This document shows positions 37,305-49,500 of a stretch of DNA of 64,000 bases, one piece after another. A program made the position numbers and the translations under genes. Position 1 is the first letter of the stretch, and each line of letters begins with the position of its first letter. The stretch comes from Macrostomum lignano (lineage: Eukaryota): NCBI GenBank assembly GCA_002269645.1, contig NIVC01000084.1, forward strand, positions 558,001 to 622,000. The letters are read 5' to 3'. Under the pieces are notes generated by a model. The model was not told where the DNA came from. It ran no database searches and saw only the letters and a program-made list of their open reading frames with translations.

Positions 37305-38290
37305 TTGTCAGACAGTCTGACACAATCAAAACACGTGATGAGAGTCAGACAGTCTGACACAATCAAAACACGTGATGAGAGTCAGACAGTCTGACACAAT
37401 CAAAACACGTGATGAGAGTCAGACAGTCTGACACAAGTAAAACACGTGATGAGAGTCAGACAGTCTGACACAAAAAAAAACACGTGAGGAGAGTCAGACA
37501 GTCTGACACAAGTAAAACACGTGATGAGAGTCAGACAGTCTGACACAAGTAAAACACGTGAGGAGAGTCAGACAGTCTGACACAAGTAAAACACGTGATG
37601 AGAGTCAGACAGTCTGACACAATCAAAACACGTGATGAGAGTCAGACAGTCTGACACAATCAAAACACGTGATGAGAGTCAGACAGTCTGACACAAGTAA
37701 AACACGTGAGGAGAGTCAGACAGTCTGACACAAGTAAAACACGTGATGAGAGTCAGACAGTCTGACACAAGTAAAACACGTGATGAGAGTCAGACAGTCT
37801 GACACAAGTAAAACACGTGAGGAGAGTCAGACAGTCTGACACAAGTAAAACACGTGATGAGAGTCAGACAGTCTGACACAAGTAAAACACGTGAGGAGAG
37901 TCAGACAGTCTGACACAAGTAAAACACGTGATGAGAGTCAGACAGTCTGACACAAGTAAAACACGTGAGGAGAGTCAGACAGTCTGACACACTCAAAACA
38001 CGTGATGAGAGTCAGACAGTCTGACACAATTAAAACACGTGATGAGAGTCAGACAGTCTGACACAAGTAAAACACGTGAGGAGAGTCAGACAGTCTGACA
38101 CAAGTAAAACACGTGATGAGAGTCAGACAGTCTGACACAAGTAAAACACGTGATGAGAGTCAGACAGTCTGACACAAGTAAAACACGTGAGGAGAGTCAG
38201 ACAGTCTGACACAATCAAAACACGTGATGAGAGTCAGACAGTCTGACACAAGTAAAACACGTGAGGAGAGTCAGACAGTCTGACAATTAA
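37305..38290. repeat. 37-bp minisatellite, about 26 copies, downstream of TTLL5
   Basis: Unit gagagtcagacagtctgacacaagtaaaacacgtga(t/g). Confidence 0.97.
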
Positions 38291-39539
38291 ATCCCATAAG
38301 ACCCTGACAGACTGACAGTCTAATATTCTGACATGGTTAAAAGTGAGAGTCAGATATTTCTTATAGAAAATTTAGCGTTTAATTTTCGTTTTACTGAAGC
38401 ATCTATTTAGAAATTTGCAAGATTTTTTATTCACTAATTTTATGTCAAATGTTTTGCCTGCTCGAATATTCCTGTTAAGTACGGTTTGTTTAAAACCCTA
38501 TTCATGTAGTGTGAATGCTTTGCTCTGGTGCCTTCTTGCTTTATAAACTTGTGTTTTGTTTGAGTAAACTGTTGCGTTAGAAGTATATTGTAATTTTATT
38601 TAATTCGTTCAATCTGATATATTTTCTACACACACACCGCCACAAACTGGTTCTCTAATTTTTGGTTTCTATTTGTTTTGTTTTGTTTTACATTCCGCTC
38701 TCCGTCCAAAACTGACAGATATAATTATTAATTTGTTTTATTAAGCTCAATAAAAAGAGTACCTATTTAAATTTGGCGCGGCTCTGTGATACGCTCTCTG
38801 GCTTGACATCATCTAGAATCGGATGCGAGATGTGCAGGGAGCTTACTCTAATATTAGTAGTGAAGTGCGTACTTAAACAAATATTTTTGCATCTATATAT
38901 ATAATGTTTACTCTTCGAATAAGCACTACACAGAGTTGATATAATAATAATGCCTACTTACTTATCACCAAAGAGACACTTTAACTTTCATTTATATTTG
39001 AGAATTATAATAACGTTTTTTAAGTTGCTTGATTTAGATTGACTTAATTTTTTGAATATGAGATTGTTTAATAATTAGTGTGTATTTCACGGAAGCTAAA
39101 TTTACTTCACTTCTGTTGAGATAAGTTCGAACCGAATAAGTACCAACATTTCTAATAGCTAATTTCAGTTTAGTTAAAACTAAGATAGTTATGAAATGCC
39201 GTCCATTTGTTAATAATTTATAATTTATTATGTACGGATTTTGTGCGCAAAACTATTATGCACTTCTGTTTACAAAACTTGCAGTAAAAATATTTTGCTT
39301 TTCAAAAATTCAAATTGAAACGTGACGAGAAACAGGAGTTCAAACCCTGCTTTAAATCGACAATTTCATTTTTTATTTTTTATTGAAGCAGCATTTATCA
39401 GCTTGTCACTGCAAATAGCTTTTCTTGACACATTTGAATCAGGCTAAATTCTCCCAGTTCCTGGATCTCATTTCTGAAAAAGTTTTAGGAAATCGTGTTT
39501 TTATGGTTACGAAGCTTTTAGTTTCCGCATTAAGCAGTT

Positions 39540-40090
39540 TCCAGATCAATCAGATCTCAAATCAATCATATCCCAAATCAATCAGATCCCAAATCAATCA
39601 GATCCCAAATCAGTCAAATCCAAGATCAGTCAGATCCTAAATCAGTCAAATCCAAAATCAGTCAGATCCCAAATCAGTCAAATCCCAAATCAATCAGATC
39701 CCAAATCAGTCAGATCCCAAATCAATCAGATCCCTAATCAATTAGATCCCAAATCAGTCAGATCCCAAATCAGTCAGATCCCAAATCAGTCAAATCCCAA
39801 ATCAATCAGATCCCTAATCAATTAGATCCCAAATCAGTCAGATCCCAAATCAGTCAAATCCCAAATCAATCAGATCCCTAATCAATTATATCCCAAATCA
39901 ATCAGATCCCAAATCAATCAGATCCCAAATCAATCAGATCCCAAATCAATCAGATCCCAAATCAGTCGGATCCCTAATCAATCAGATCCCAATACAATCA
40001 GATCCCAAATTAATCAGATCCCAAATCAATCAGATCCCAAATCAATCAGATCCCAAGTCAATCAGATCCCAAAGCAATCAGATCCCAAAT
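39540..40090. repeat. 16-bp minisatellite, about 34 copies
   Basis: Unit gatcccaaatca(a/g)tca. Confidence 0.94.
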
Positions 40091-42801
40091 TAATCGGAGT
40101 AATTTGATAAATCCCAATTCAACCCGCGATCACTCACCAGCTCATTAAAATCGGAGATCATATCTGTCCAGTCAGCGCTCAGCTCCCTTTTGATCCCATA
40201 CACCAGCATCCCATCTTTGCCTCCGCATTTCTGGCCGCTGTCTCCGGGGCATTCAAGCGAGCATTTGCTCAGGTTCAACTTACTCAATCGCGGCTCACTG
40301 TGCAGTTCAACTCCGCAGTGACATTCGATGCCATTCGACAAGCCGAAATGAACAATCAGTTCGGTTTTATTGGCTAGCAGATTTAGGCAAAGATTTCTGC
40401 ACAGTTTATGATTCATTGATTTCGAATCGAGAAATGGTCCACGAGACAGTACAGGTTCGCGATCCGAGCTTCGGTTGTAGCAGCCGATGAGCTGTTGTTT
40501 AACTGGTGGGTTCAAAAAGTCGTTACAGACCGTCAGGTGCCTTAGGAGAAAAAGCTAAGACCATTGACTGTCTTAGGAGGGTCAGCAAGGACCCTGGATG
40601 TCTTGGGATGGTAAGGACCCTAAATATGTCTAGGAAGGGTAAGCAAGAAGCCTAGATATGTCTAAGGAGGGTAAGCAAGAAGCCTAGATATGTCTAAGGA
40701 GGGTAAGCAAGAACCCTAGATATGTCTAAGGAGGGTAAGCAAGAAGCCAAGATATGTCTAAGGATGGTAAGCAAGAAGCCAAGATATGTCTAAGGAGGGT
40801 AAGCAAGAAGCCAAGATATGTCTAAGGATGGTAAGCAAGAAGCCAAGATATGTCTAAGGAGGGTAAGCAAGAAGCCAAGATATGTCTAAGGAGGGTAAGC
40901 AAGAAGCCAAGATATGTCTAAGGAGGGTAAGCAAGAAGCCAAGATATGTCTAAGGATGGTAAGCAAGAAGCCAAGATATGTCTAAGGATGGTAAGCAAGA
41001 AGCCAAGATATGTCTAAGGAGGGTAAGCAAGAAGCCAAGATATGTCTAAGGAGGGTAAGCAAGAAGCCAAGATATGTCTAAGGAGGGTAAGCAAGAAGCC
41101 TAGATATGTCTAAGGAGGGTAAGCAAGAAGCCTAGATATGTCTAAGGAGGGTAAGCAAGAACCCTAGATATGTCTAAGGAGGGTAAGCAAGAAGCCAAGA
41201 TATTGTCTAAGGAGGGTAAGCAAGAAGCCTAGATATGTCTAAGGATGGTAAGCAAGAAGCCTGTATGTCTTAGTAGGGTAAAGAAGTAGAAGTATCGGCT
41301 CCGAATGACTGTCAAGGTTATAGATCCCCAATGATCATGTCAGTTTTCTAAGATTCCGAATGGCCATGATGATAGCCCTGTAAGGATGAACTTCTCTCAG
41401 CAACCCGGATTTTGCACTTACATTTTCTAGACGAACTGCTTGTGCCATCATTTTTGTCTATTCCAGTCATTTGTAAATCGTAGTTCTGTTGGTTGCTCTT
41501 TTGGTCAGAATCGTCCTTCTTAACGGAATAATACTGAATTACATCAACTGTCACCTGTTCCGGACCAGTTGAAGAATTTCTAGTAAAATTTTTACTGTCA
41601 GTTGACAAGATTGACAACTTCGTTTGAACATCCTGGCCGCTGGAACTCGAACTGTTAGCTAAAATTTCAAGGAATGTTAGAGTAAATTCACTTCCTATAC
41701 TTATTTAATAGAAATTTCAGGCAATTTTACTGCAGCGTGGTAACACAAAAAATGAATTAGAAATGCGAGACGAAAATTTGGCTCAGTGTGGCTTTCTGGG
41801 TAGCAAAATTTGATCAGTTTGAAACTTCACAATGGCAATCCGACCCGCTCATGTCTATTCTCTTCTCAGCTCCCTTCTCTCCTCTCCTCTCCTCTCCTCT
41901 CCTCTTCTCTCCTCTCCTCTCTTCTCCTCTCCTCTCCTCTCTTCTCCTCTCCTCTCCTCTCCTCTCCTCTCCTCTCCTCTCCTCTCCTCTCCTCTCCTCT
42001 CCTCTCCTCTCCTCTCCTCTCCTCTCTTCTCCTCTCCTCTCCTCTCTTCTCCTCTCCTCTCCTCTCCTCTCCTCTCCTCTCCTCTCCTCTCCTCTCCTCT
42101 CCTCTCTTCTCCTCTCCTCTCCTCTCCTCTCCTCTCCTCTCCTCTCCTCTCTTCTCCTCTCCTCTCCTCTCTTCTCCTCTCCTCTCCTCTCCTCTCCTCT
42201 CCTCTCCTCTCCTCTCCTCTCTTCTCCTCTCCTCTCCTCTCCTCTCCTCTCTTCTCCTCTCCTCTCCTCTCCCCTCCCCCTCCTATTTCATCCATCCTCT
42301 TCTCTTGTCTCGTCTCTTCTCCTTTCCCCTCGCCTCTCCTTTCTCCTATCTCTCATCTCTCATCTCTATTCCTTCTCCTCTCTTCCCTCTTAGGCCCGCA
42401 GTCATGCTCTCTCAGGTTCTGTATCTGGCCTTTAAGGTTTACCGACCCCTGCCGTATAGAATAAAATACATTAAATCAAATATTTTTGATTTAATATTTG
42501 AGGAGCGAATGGGGTCGCCTCGCCTTAAGACACGTACTTTTACATTACATCGATGATCGGCCGGACTGTTGATGTAATGTAAAAGTACATGTTACATACG
42601 TCTCGAACGTCGGATTGCTGTACGAGTAGGGTGTAAGCCCACTTTTTGTTTGTTATGCAGGTCTAGTAAGCATATGTACTCTTACTAGCTACCCGTACAT
42701 ACTGAGTGTCACTCACATAGTTCATCAGATGCACTGGGAGCAGCGAAAACCATAGCAGCAGCATACGACAAAGCAACTACCTGCAGCAACAAGCTTCTCA
42801 T
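40090..42801 (-). CDS. Secreted WSC-domain protein; exon joining partly unresolved
   Basis: Signal-peptide exon 42801-42717 (MRSLLLQVVALSYAAAMVFA), Ser/Thr/Asn-rich exon 41658-41422, WSC exon 40540-40138 (LIGCY..CRNLC..FGLSNGIECHCG..C...CPGDSGQKCGG...VY). Best donor at 41421 is phase 1, best acceptor at 40541 is phase 2. Confidence 0.65.
40600..41270. repeat. 32-bp minisatellite, about 20 copies, between the WSC-gene exons
   Basis: Unit gatatgtctaagga(g/t)ggtaagcaagaagcc(a/t)a. Confidence 0.95.
41860..42275. repeat. (TCTCC)n microsatellite, intron 1 of the WSC gene
   Basis: Pentanucleotide run. Confidence 0.97.
42530..42592. other. 63-nt inverted repeat: 24-bp arms, 15-nt loop
   Basis: acacgtacttttacattacatcga and ttgatgtaatgtaaaagtacatgt are 22/24 complementary. 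Confidence 0.85.
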
Positions 42802-43509
42802 GGCAATCCGTTTTCTTTTTTCTGTATGCTGACTAGACTGGAAATCTTTTTGTTTTCTTGTCTTCTCAATAGCTATATCAACTAGCACTTGACTAAATGG
42901 GAATCTAATATGGGAAAGAGAAACATAAATTTTCAACCAGTTAAACATTGTTGGAATGGAATGGAAATGAAATTAGAAAATTCCTAACGCGCCAACTCTC
43001 ACTCTGCTACCGAATTACTGAAGTCTTTTTTCTAGCTAAAGTTTTTTTGTTTTAACTATGATTAATTACTTACTGCATGATTAACATGTAGTTTTCAATC
43101 TTTTTTCGACTTTCAAGGACGCTCCCATGTGAAATCGGATTTTTCTCGTACGGAATCTTCTTCACTGAATTTGTCAATAGCAAAAGCCCATTCAGCGCTA
43201 TGCATTCTCTAGATATATAGAGCATACTAAATGCAAATGGCGATCCCACAAATGAGGGGTTCAATACGCTCATAGTCGGTTTTGAGTGCCTTAATCAATA
43301 TAGGACTGAATACTTGGTTTCTGCATGCTAAGTAAGCTAAGCAAAAATGCGCGCTATGGCATTCTAGTCTATGGCCAACCCTCGCCTCAGCCTACCATTT
43401 TAGGCACGCCAAGCAAGCAAATTGTGAGAATTTTTTCAAGCTAAGTGAGAAGCGTATATTATTGAAACAAAGGCAATTTAGTGGTTTAATTAACGAAAAT
43501 ATGTAATGA

Positions 43510-43640
43510 TGTACAGTTGAAGACATCCTTCAGAGTAACATAGGGATTTTGTTCCACTATCTGCTCAATGGCATTCCGCATTTCAGCATCCACTTTTGTT
43601 GACCCCGGCTTGCGGCCACCGCGTTGTAACTTTGGGAACA
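43510..43640 (-). mobile_element. Short remnant resembling the N-terminal HTH region of a Tc1/IS630-like transposase
   Basis: QRGGRKPGSTKVDAEMRNAIEQIVEQNPYVTLKDV fits the RGG..K....I...+E.NP..TL pattern. No DDE domain or TIRs found. Confidence 0.55.
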
Positions 43641-46563
43641 TACTGACGTAACCTGGGCTGCATGAGAATACCTGTGCGAACCCCTGGGCTCTGGCGCTAA
43701 AAAGTACAGCCGACACAGGCCTCGCCCTCTAGACTTTGTCCGCCTCTGGATGGTGCGTTAGCTGATGTTGCGGCCAAGATCGCATTATCTAGACAGCGGG
43801 GCCGGGTTGTTTGAAGGTACACGCCAGAGGCGTGGCCCCCACCAGTCACCTGTGCAGGAGTCCGGTAAAAGCTCCCACTAACGAGACGGGACTCCCGGTC
43901 TGTTACAGACGAGGGTTCTTGACCCCAACTGTACTATAGAAATGGCCGATCAAAGGACTCTATGTGAAGCATACAAGGACAGTCTAGGATCAGTGCTGGA
44001 AACGAGGACTTTTGCATAGGGGGTTCTTTTAGCTGGTTGAGCGATTCTAGACTACGATTACCTCCCAAGCCCCATGAATTCAAAGGTACATATATTCGTA
44101 GATAACGCATTCTAATTTATTTCCTCCTAGATGGGTTCGATGCAGCAAGGGATGGGGGAAGTGCAGTGTAGCATACGCAGGCAGGCAGTTCGGGACACCC
44201 AGTCTGCACTCCATGACCCCACTTAGCCTATCCGCTTCCTCTTGCTCGAGCACACCCCAACGCGCACTCAATGAACCGGAAATCTGAGCTCTGCCAGACA
44301 ATAAATATACAGGCACAGCAACCTTCTATTTCTCCACCCTTTTGAGTGGCTAACTAACACTCGCAATAATCAGCTAGAGTTGCTCTCTACATCCAGGTCC
44401 CAGAGCTCTCTCATGGTGCACATCTTACAGGGACTTCTTAGAAGTACATGTACTGTTATTGCTTTGATTTTTTGTGTGTATTTTGGCTCATACTTGGTGA
44501 TTTTGCACTCTGATCTTCTCAGCTCCTATTCAATGCCCTGCGACAGGCGCACTCTCTACTCGCAATTTACCGTGTACGCCCTTTTTACAACCTTGACCTC
44601 CGTTACCAAGCAACCAAAATGATGTCACCCGCCAGCTGTGCAGTGATTGGACGAGAAATTGTTGGGCAGGGGCGCAGAGGAGAAAATTGACGATACATGC
44701 ATAACAGCTGATGGAAAGGCTTGGGGAGATACGCTTGTTTTAGGGTGGGGGATCATTCAAAGCTGCCATACGCATGAATGCATGTTTTCTAACAATAGAA
44801 AGCAGGTGGGATTGACCAGTACGTCGTCGATAACATGGTAACAGTGTTGTTCTCGACGTCAGAATTTTTAATATTCGATTCTATACCACGGGATTTAATT
44901 ACAGTAAATGTTGGCGATCATTGATTGATATAAATATAATTATAAAGCATCCTAACAGAATTTTTAAAAATAGCTGGAGACTTTATCTAGCAGCCCCGTC
45001 GTCTATACTTAATTTCTGTGTGTACGTGTGGAGACGTCTGCATACGAGCTAGCAGTTATGCCTACGAGCATATCATTGGCTCGATCGTCTGCCTCGACAG
45101 TCCTCCCTACTTAAAATAAGTGTAGACAATTACGATGAAATCCTTTTAAAATCTTCTTTTAAAATTTCAGAATAAATTAATCCGAATTTTTCACTAACCC
45201 AGAGTGCTTTAAACCTTCCGTGTTACGGTTAGCTAAGCTAGCTACTGCATGTTAATTAGCAATTGTATGACACCTACGCTCACGTACTATTCTGCTAGAT
45301 AACTCTGCTGATTTCAAATTTATCTTTATTTATTTGATAGAATACACTTATAGTTGTTCAAAATTCACCAGCGCTTCAGCTAAGAGGGTAGTTTTTTTAA
45401 TATTTAATAAGTATTATTAAAGCATTGAAATCTTAAGCAATTTTTGAACAATGATTGCGACAAAACTGCAACCGGAACTCTATGGCGAAGTCAAGTAATC
45501 ATAACTTATTATTATTTTGACTGTTAGTGTTACTGCATACGCAACAAGACACGGAATACGGCATTGAAACCAAAAAAGGTGCTTTGATTAAATGATTGTC
45601 CATGTGCGGTCCACTTCTCACACATGCAGTTTCCGCGTTTCTATGAAACAGCTCTTGCAGCATGGCTTTTGAGTAGTGTGTGATAATTCGCGGCGGTCAA
45701 TCGACGTGCAAAACCTGAATAGTATTTATACTTTAGTAACTAATGTATTTTTATAAGAAATTGCGTTTTATCATTGCTGCTGATTTATATCTTAATTTCG
45801 ATTCATTCATCTAATTTTATCGACACTTCAAATAACCAATAAGCTGCCATCACAAATCGAGAAAGACACACAAGACAAAATAAGTAAAAAATAGATAAAA
45901 AAATAACTGCCTTAAATATTTTCTTTGCTTATCAAAAGCACCAAAACGCCCATAGACTATTTGTGTTCTGAATATATAAAATTTAAATTAATTTAGAAAT
46001 AGCAACAAAATGTCACATTTATTTACTCAGACTTACAAGCTCGAAATATTGAATTTCTTATTTTGATTTACTATTTCTATCAAAATAGTTAACTCTAAAA
46101 AACTAACAAATTTGTTTTATGAATAATAAAAAACATTCATGATTTGTTTTACTTGTCATAAATTATGCATTTCAGCTTAATAAATAAGCAGGCCAATCAA
46201 AAATATGGGCTGTAAATTTTTTAACTTAAATTTTTATTCAAGTTGTAGCCTATTACAGCCAATTTTGTCCCATATATACTATTGTTTATTTATAAACAAT
46301 GGGACAATTAAACTTTAAAATGAAAACTAATCATTATATTGTAACTAAGAAGTTTTTCTTTGTTGGGCTTGTGTCTAAAATAGTTTATTTGGTTCAAAAT
46401 TTAAACAATTATAACCCATAGCATTCAAATAATTTATTAGTAAAATAGCTACTAAACATAACAACAATAATACTAATATTAATAATAAGAGTTGCATTAA
46501 AAAGCATATTGTATGACTACTATATTAGCTTAGCACCAAAATAACTCACTAGTTACCAATTGA

Positions 46564-49500
46564 TATTTTCTGGAACAAAGCCAGCAAAGGCAGCTGGAGT
46601 ATCACTACCAGCTAGTTCTGAGCACGGTGCTGCAGAATCAGAACCCTCTCACTGGCCTAGTGCCATCAACTACAGGCAGTGACCATGCCTACATACGCGA
46701 CAATGTCTATGCGGCATTCTGCAGCTGGGCTGTGGCTCTTGCATATAAAAAGGTGGCAGATTCTGATCAGGATCGAGCCAGACTGCGGGACATTGAAGGC
46801 CGAACTGTCAAGTGTATGAGGAGCTTGCTGGCTTGCATGATGCGCCAATCAGATAAGTGAGCGTTTGGGAACTCGATGGAGGAATGCTGCTGCTTCTTGC
46901 TTGGTCTGGCAATTGCATCTTCACTGTTTTGTAACTAGAATTCGGTATTGCAATCATATGTGCGAATTTCAGTATGGTGTTTCTAAATTTCGGTGTGATA
47001 TTTGTAGATTTCGGTGTGGTATTCGTAAATTTCGGTGTGGTATTTGTAGATTTCGGTGTGGTATTTGTAAATTTCGGTGTGATATTTGTAGATTTCGGTG
47101 TGGTATTCGTAGATTTCGGTGTGATATTTGTAGATTTCGGTGTGGTATTCGTAAATTTCGGTGTGGTATTTGTAGATTTCGGTGTGGTATTCGTAGGTTT
47201 CGGTGTGATTTTTGTAGATTTCGGTGTGGTATTTGTAGATTTCGGTGTGGTATTCGTAAATTTCGGTGTGGTTTTAGTAGATTTCGGTGTGGTATTCGTA
47301 GATTTCGGTGTGATATTTGTAGATTTCGGTGTGGTATTTGTAGATTTCGGTGTGGTATTCGTAAATTTCGGTGTGGTTTTAGTAGATTTCGGTGTGGTAT
47401 TTGTAGATTTCGGTGTGGCATTTGTAGATTTCGGTGTGGTATTCGTAAATTTCGGTGTGGTTTTAGTAGATTTCGGTGTGGTATTTGTAGATTTCGGTGT
47501 GGCATTTGTAGATTTCGGTGTGGTATTTAGAGATTTCGGTGTGGTATTTGTAGATTTCGGTGTGGTATTTGTAGATTTCGGTGTGGCATTTGTAGATTTC
47601 GGTGTGGTATTTGTATATTTCGGTGTGGTATTTGTAGATTTCGGTGTGGTATTCGTAGATTTCGGTGTGGTATTCGTAGATTTCGGTGTGGTTTTAGTAG
47701 ATTTCAGTGTGGTATTTGTAGATTTCAGTGTGGTATTTGTAGATTTCGGTGTGTTGTTTGTAGATTTCGGTGTGTTATTTGTAGATTTCGGCGTGGTGTC
47801 TTTACATTTCGATGTGGTCTTTTTAGTTTCCGTGTGGCATCCTCAAGTTCCGTGTGAAGTCTTTATTATTTACCTTTTAGTTGATGTCAAACAATTCCAG
47901 ACTGGAAAAGTTCAAACAGACCCGGCAACCAAGCGACGCTCTGCACTGCAAATTCTCCGCTTCAAATCTTGGCCCAGTAGCAGGCGATAACAGCTACGGC
48001 CATCTGCAGCTGGATGCCGTCGCCCTGTTCCTACTGGCACTGGCTCAGATGACCGCATCCGGTCTTGTCCTCATCTACACAGCCGAAGAGGTGGCATTCG
48101 TTCAAAATCTTGTGTTTTACATCGATTCAGCTTACACAGTCTGCGACTACGGCATCTGGGAACGTGGCGACAAGACTAACCACGGTTTGCCCGAGCTTAA
48201 CTCAACTTCAATAGGCATGGCTAAGGCTGCGCTAGAGGCCATGTCTGAACTCGACCTGTTCGGCAGTTGCGGCGGCAACCAATCCAGCGTACACGTGTTG
48301 GCTGACGACTCGCAGAACTGCGCTGCCGTATTGGAGAATATGCTGCCCAGGGAGAGCTGCTCCAAGGAGACTGACGCTGGATTGCTGTCCGTCATCGGCT
48401 TCCCTGCCTTTGCCTTGGACAATGAGGAGGTCATTGGCAATACTAGAAACTGCATTGTTGGCATGCTGGAGGGCAGGTGGGTCTGGCAGCTGTGTGCCTG
48501 CCCGCTCTTCTCTCCCTCTCTCCTGCCCACTCTTCTCCCCCTCTCTCCTGCCCGCTCTTCTCCCCCTCTCTCCTGCCCGCTCTTCTCTCCCTCTCTCCTG
48601 CCCGCTCTTCTCCCCTCTCTCCTGCCCGCTCTTCTCCCCTCTCTCCTGCCCGCTCTTCTCCCCCTCTCTCCTGCCCGCTCTTCTCCCCTCTCTCCTGCCC
48701 GCTCTTCTCCCCCTCTCTCCTGCCCGCTCTTCTCCCCTCTCTCCTGCCCGCTCTTCTCCCCCTCTCTCCTGCCCGCTCTTCTCCCCTCTCTCCTGCCCGC
48801 TCTTCTCCCCCTCTCTCCTGCCCGCTCTTCTCCCCCTCTCTCCTACCCGCTCTTCTCCCCTCTCTCCTGCCCGCTCTTCTCCCCCTCTCTCCTGCCCGCT
48901 CTTCTCCCCTCTCTCCTGCCCGCTCTACTCCCCCTCTCTCCTGCCCGCTCTTCTCCCCCTCTCTCCTACTCGCTCTTCTCCCCTCTCTCCTGCCCCATCT
49001 TCTCTTCATCACTCTACCCGCTCTCCCCATCACTCTACCCACTCTCCTCATCACTCTACCCGCTCTCCCCATCACTCTACCCGCTGTTCCCATCACTCTA
49101 ACTGCTCTCCCCATCACTCTACCCACTCTCCCCATCACTCTACCCACTCTCCCCATCACTCTAACTGCTCTCCCCATCACTCTACCCACTCTCCCCATCA
49201 CTCTACCCACTCTCCCCATCACTCTACCCGCTCTCCCCATCACTCTACCTACCAGGTACGGCTGCTGCCGCTTCCTTCGCGACGGCTACCGCACAGCGGT
49301 AGAAGACTCCTCCCGGCTTTATTACGAGCCTTGGGAATTGAAGCAATTCGAAAACATCGAATGCGAATGGCCTCTGTTCTTTTGCTACCTGCTACTCGAG
49401 GCGCTGTTCGCTGAGGATGAAGCTAAAGCTGATAAGTATGCCCGGCTGCTGGACAGCCTGACTGTCAAGTCAGAGACCGGGTTTCCTCTGCTGCCGGAGT

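Noticed and set aside
46865-47990. Hydrophobic FVDFGVV and Cys-rich CRFRCGI ORFs
   Set aside because: 21-bp intronic minisatellite open in several frames, with non-silent variation and no start or splice support.
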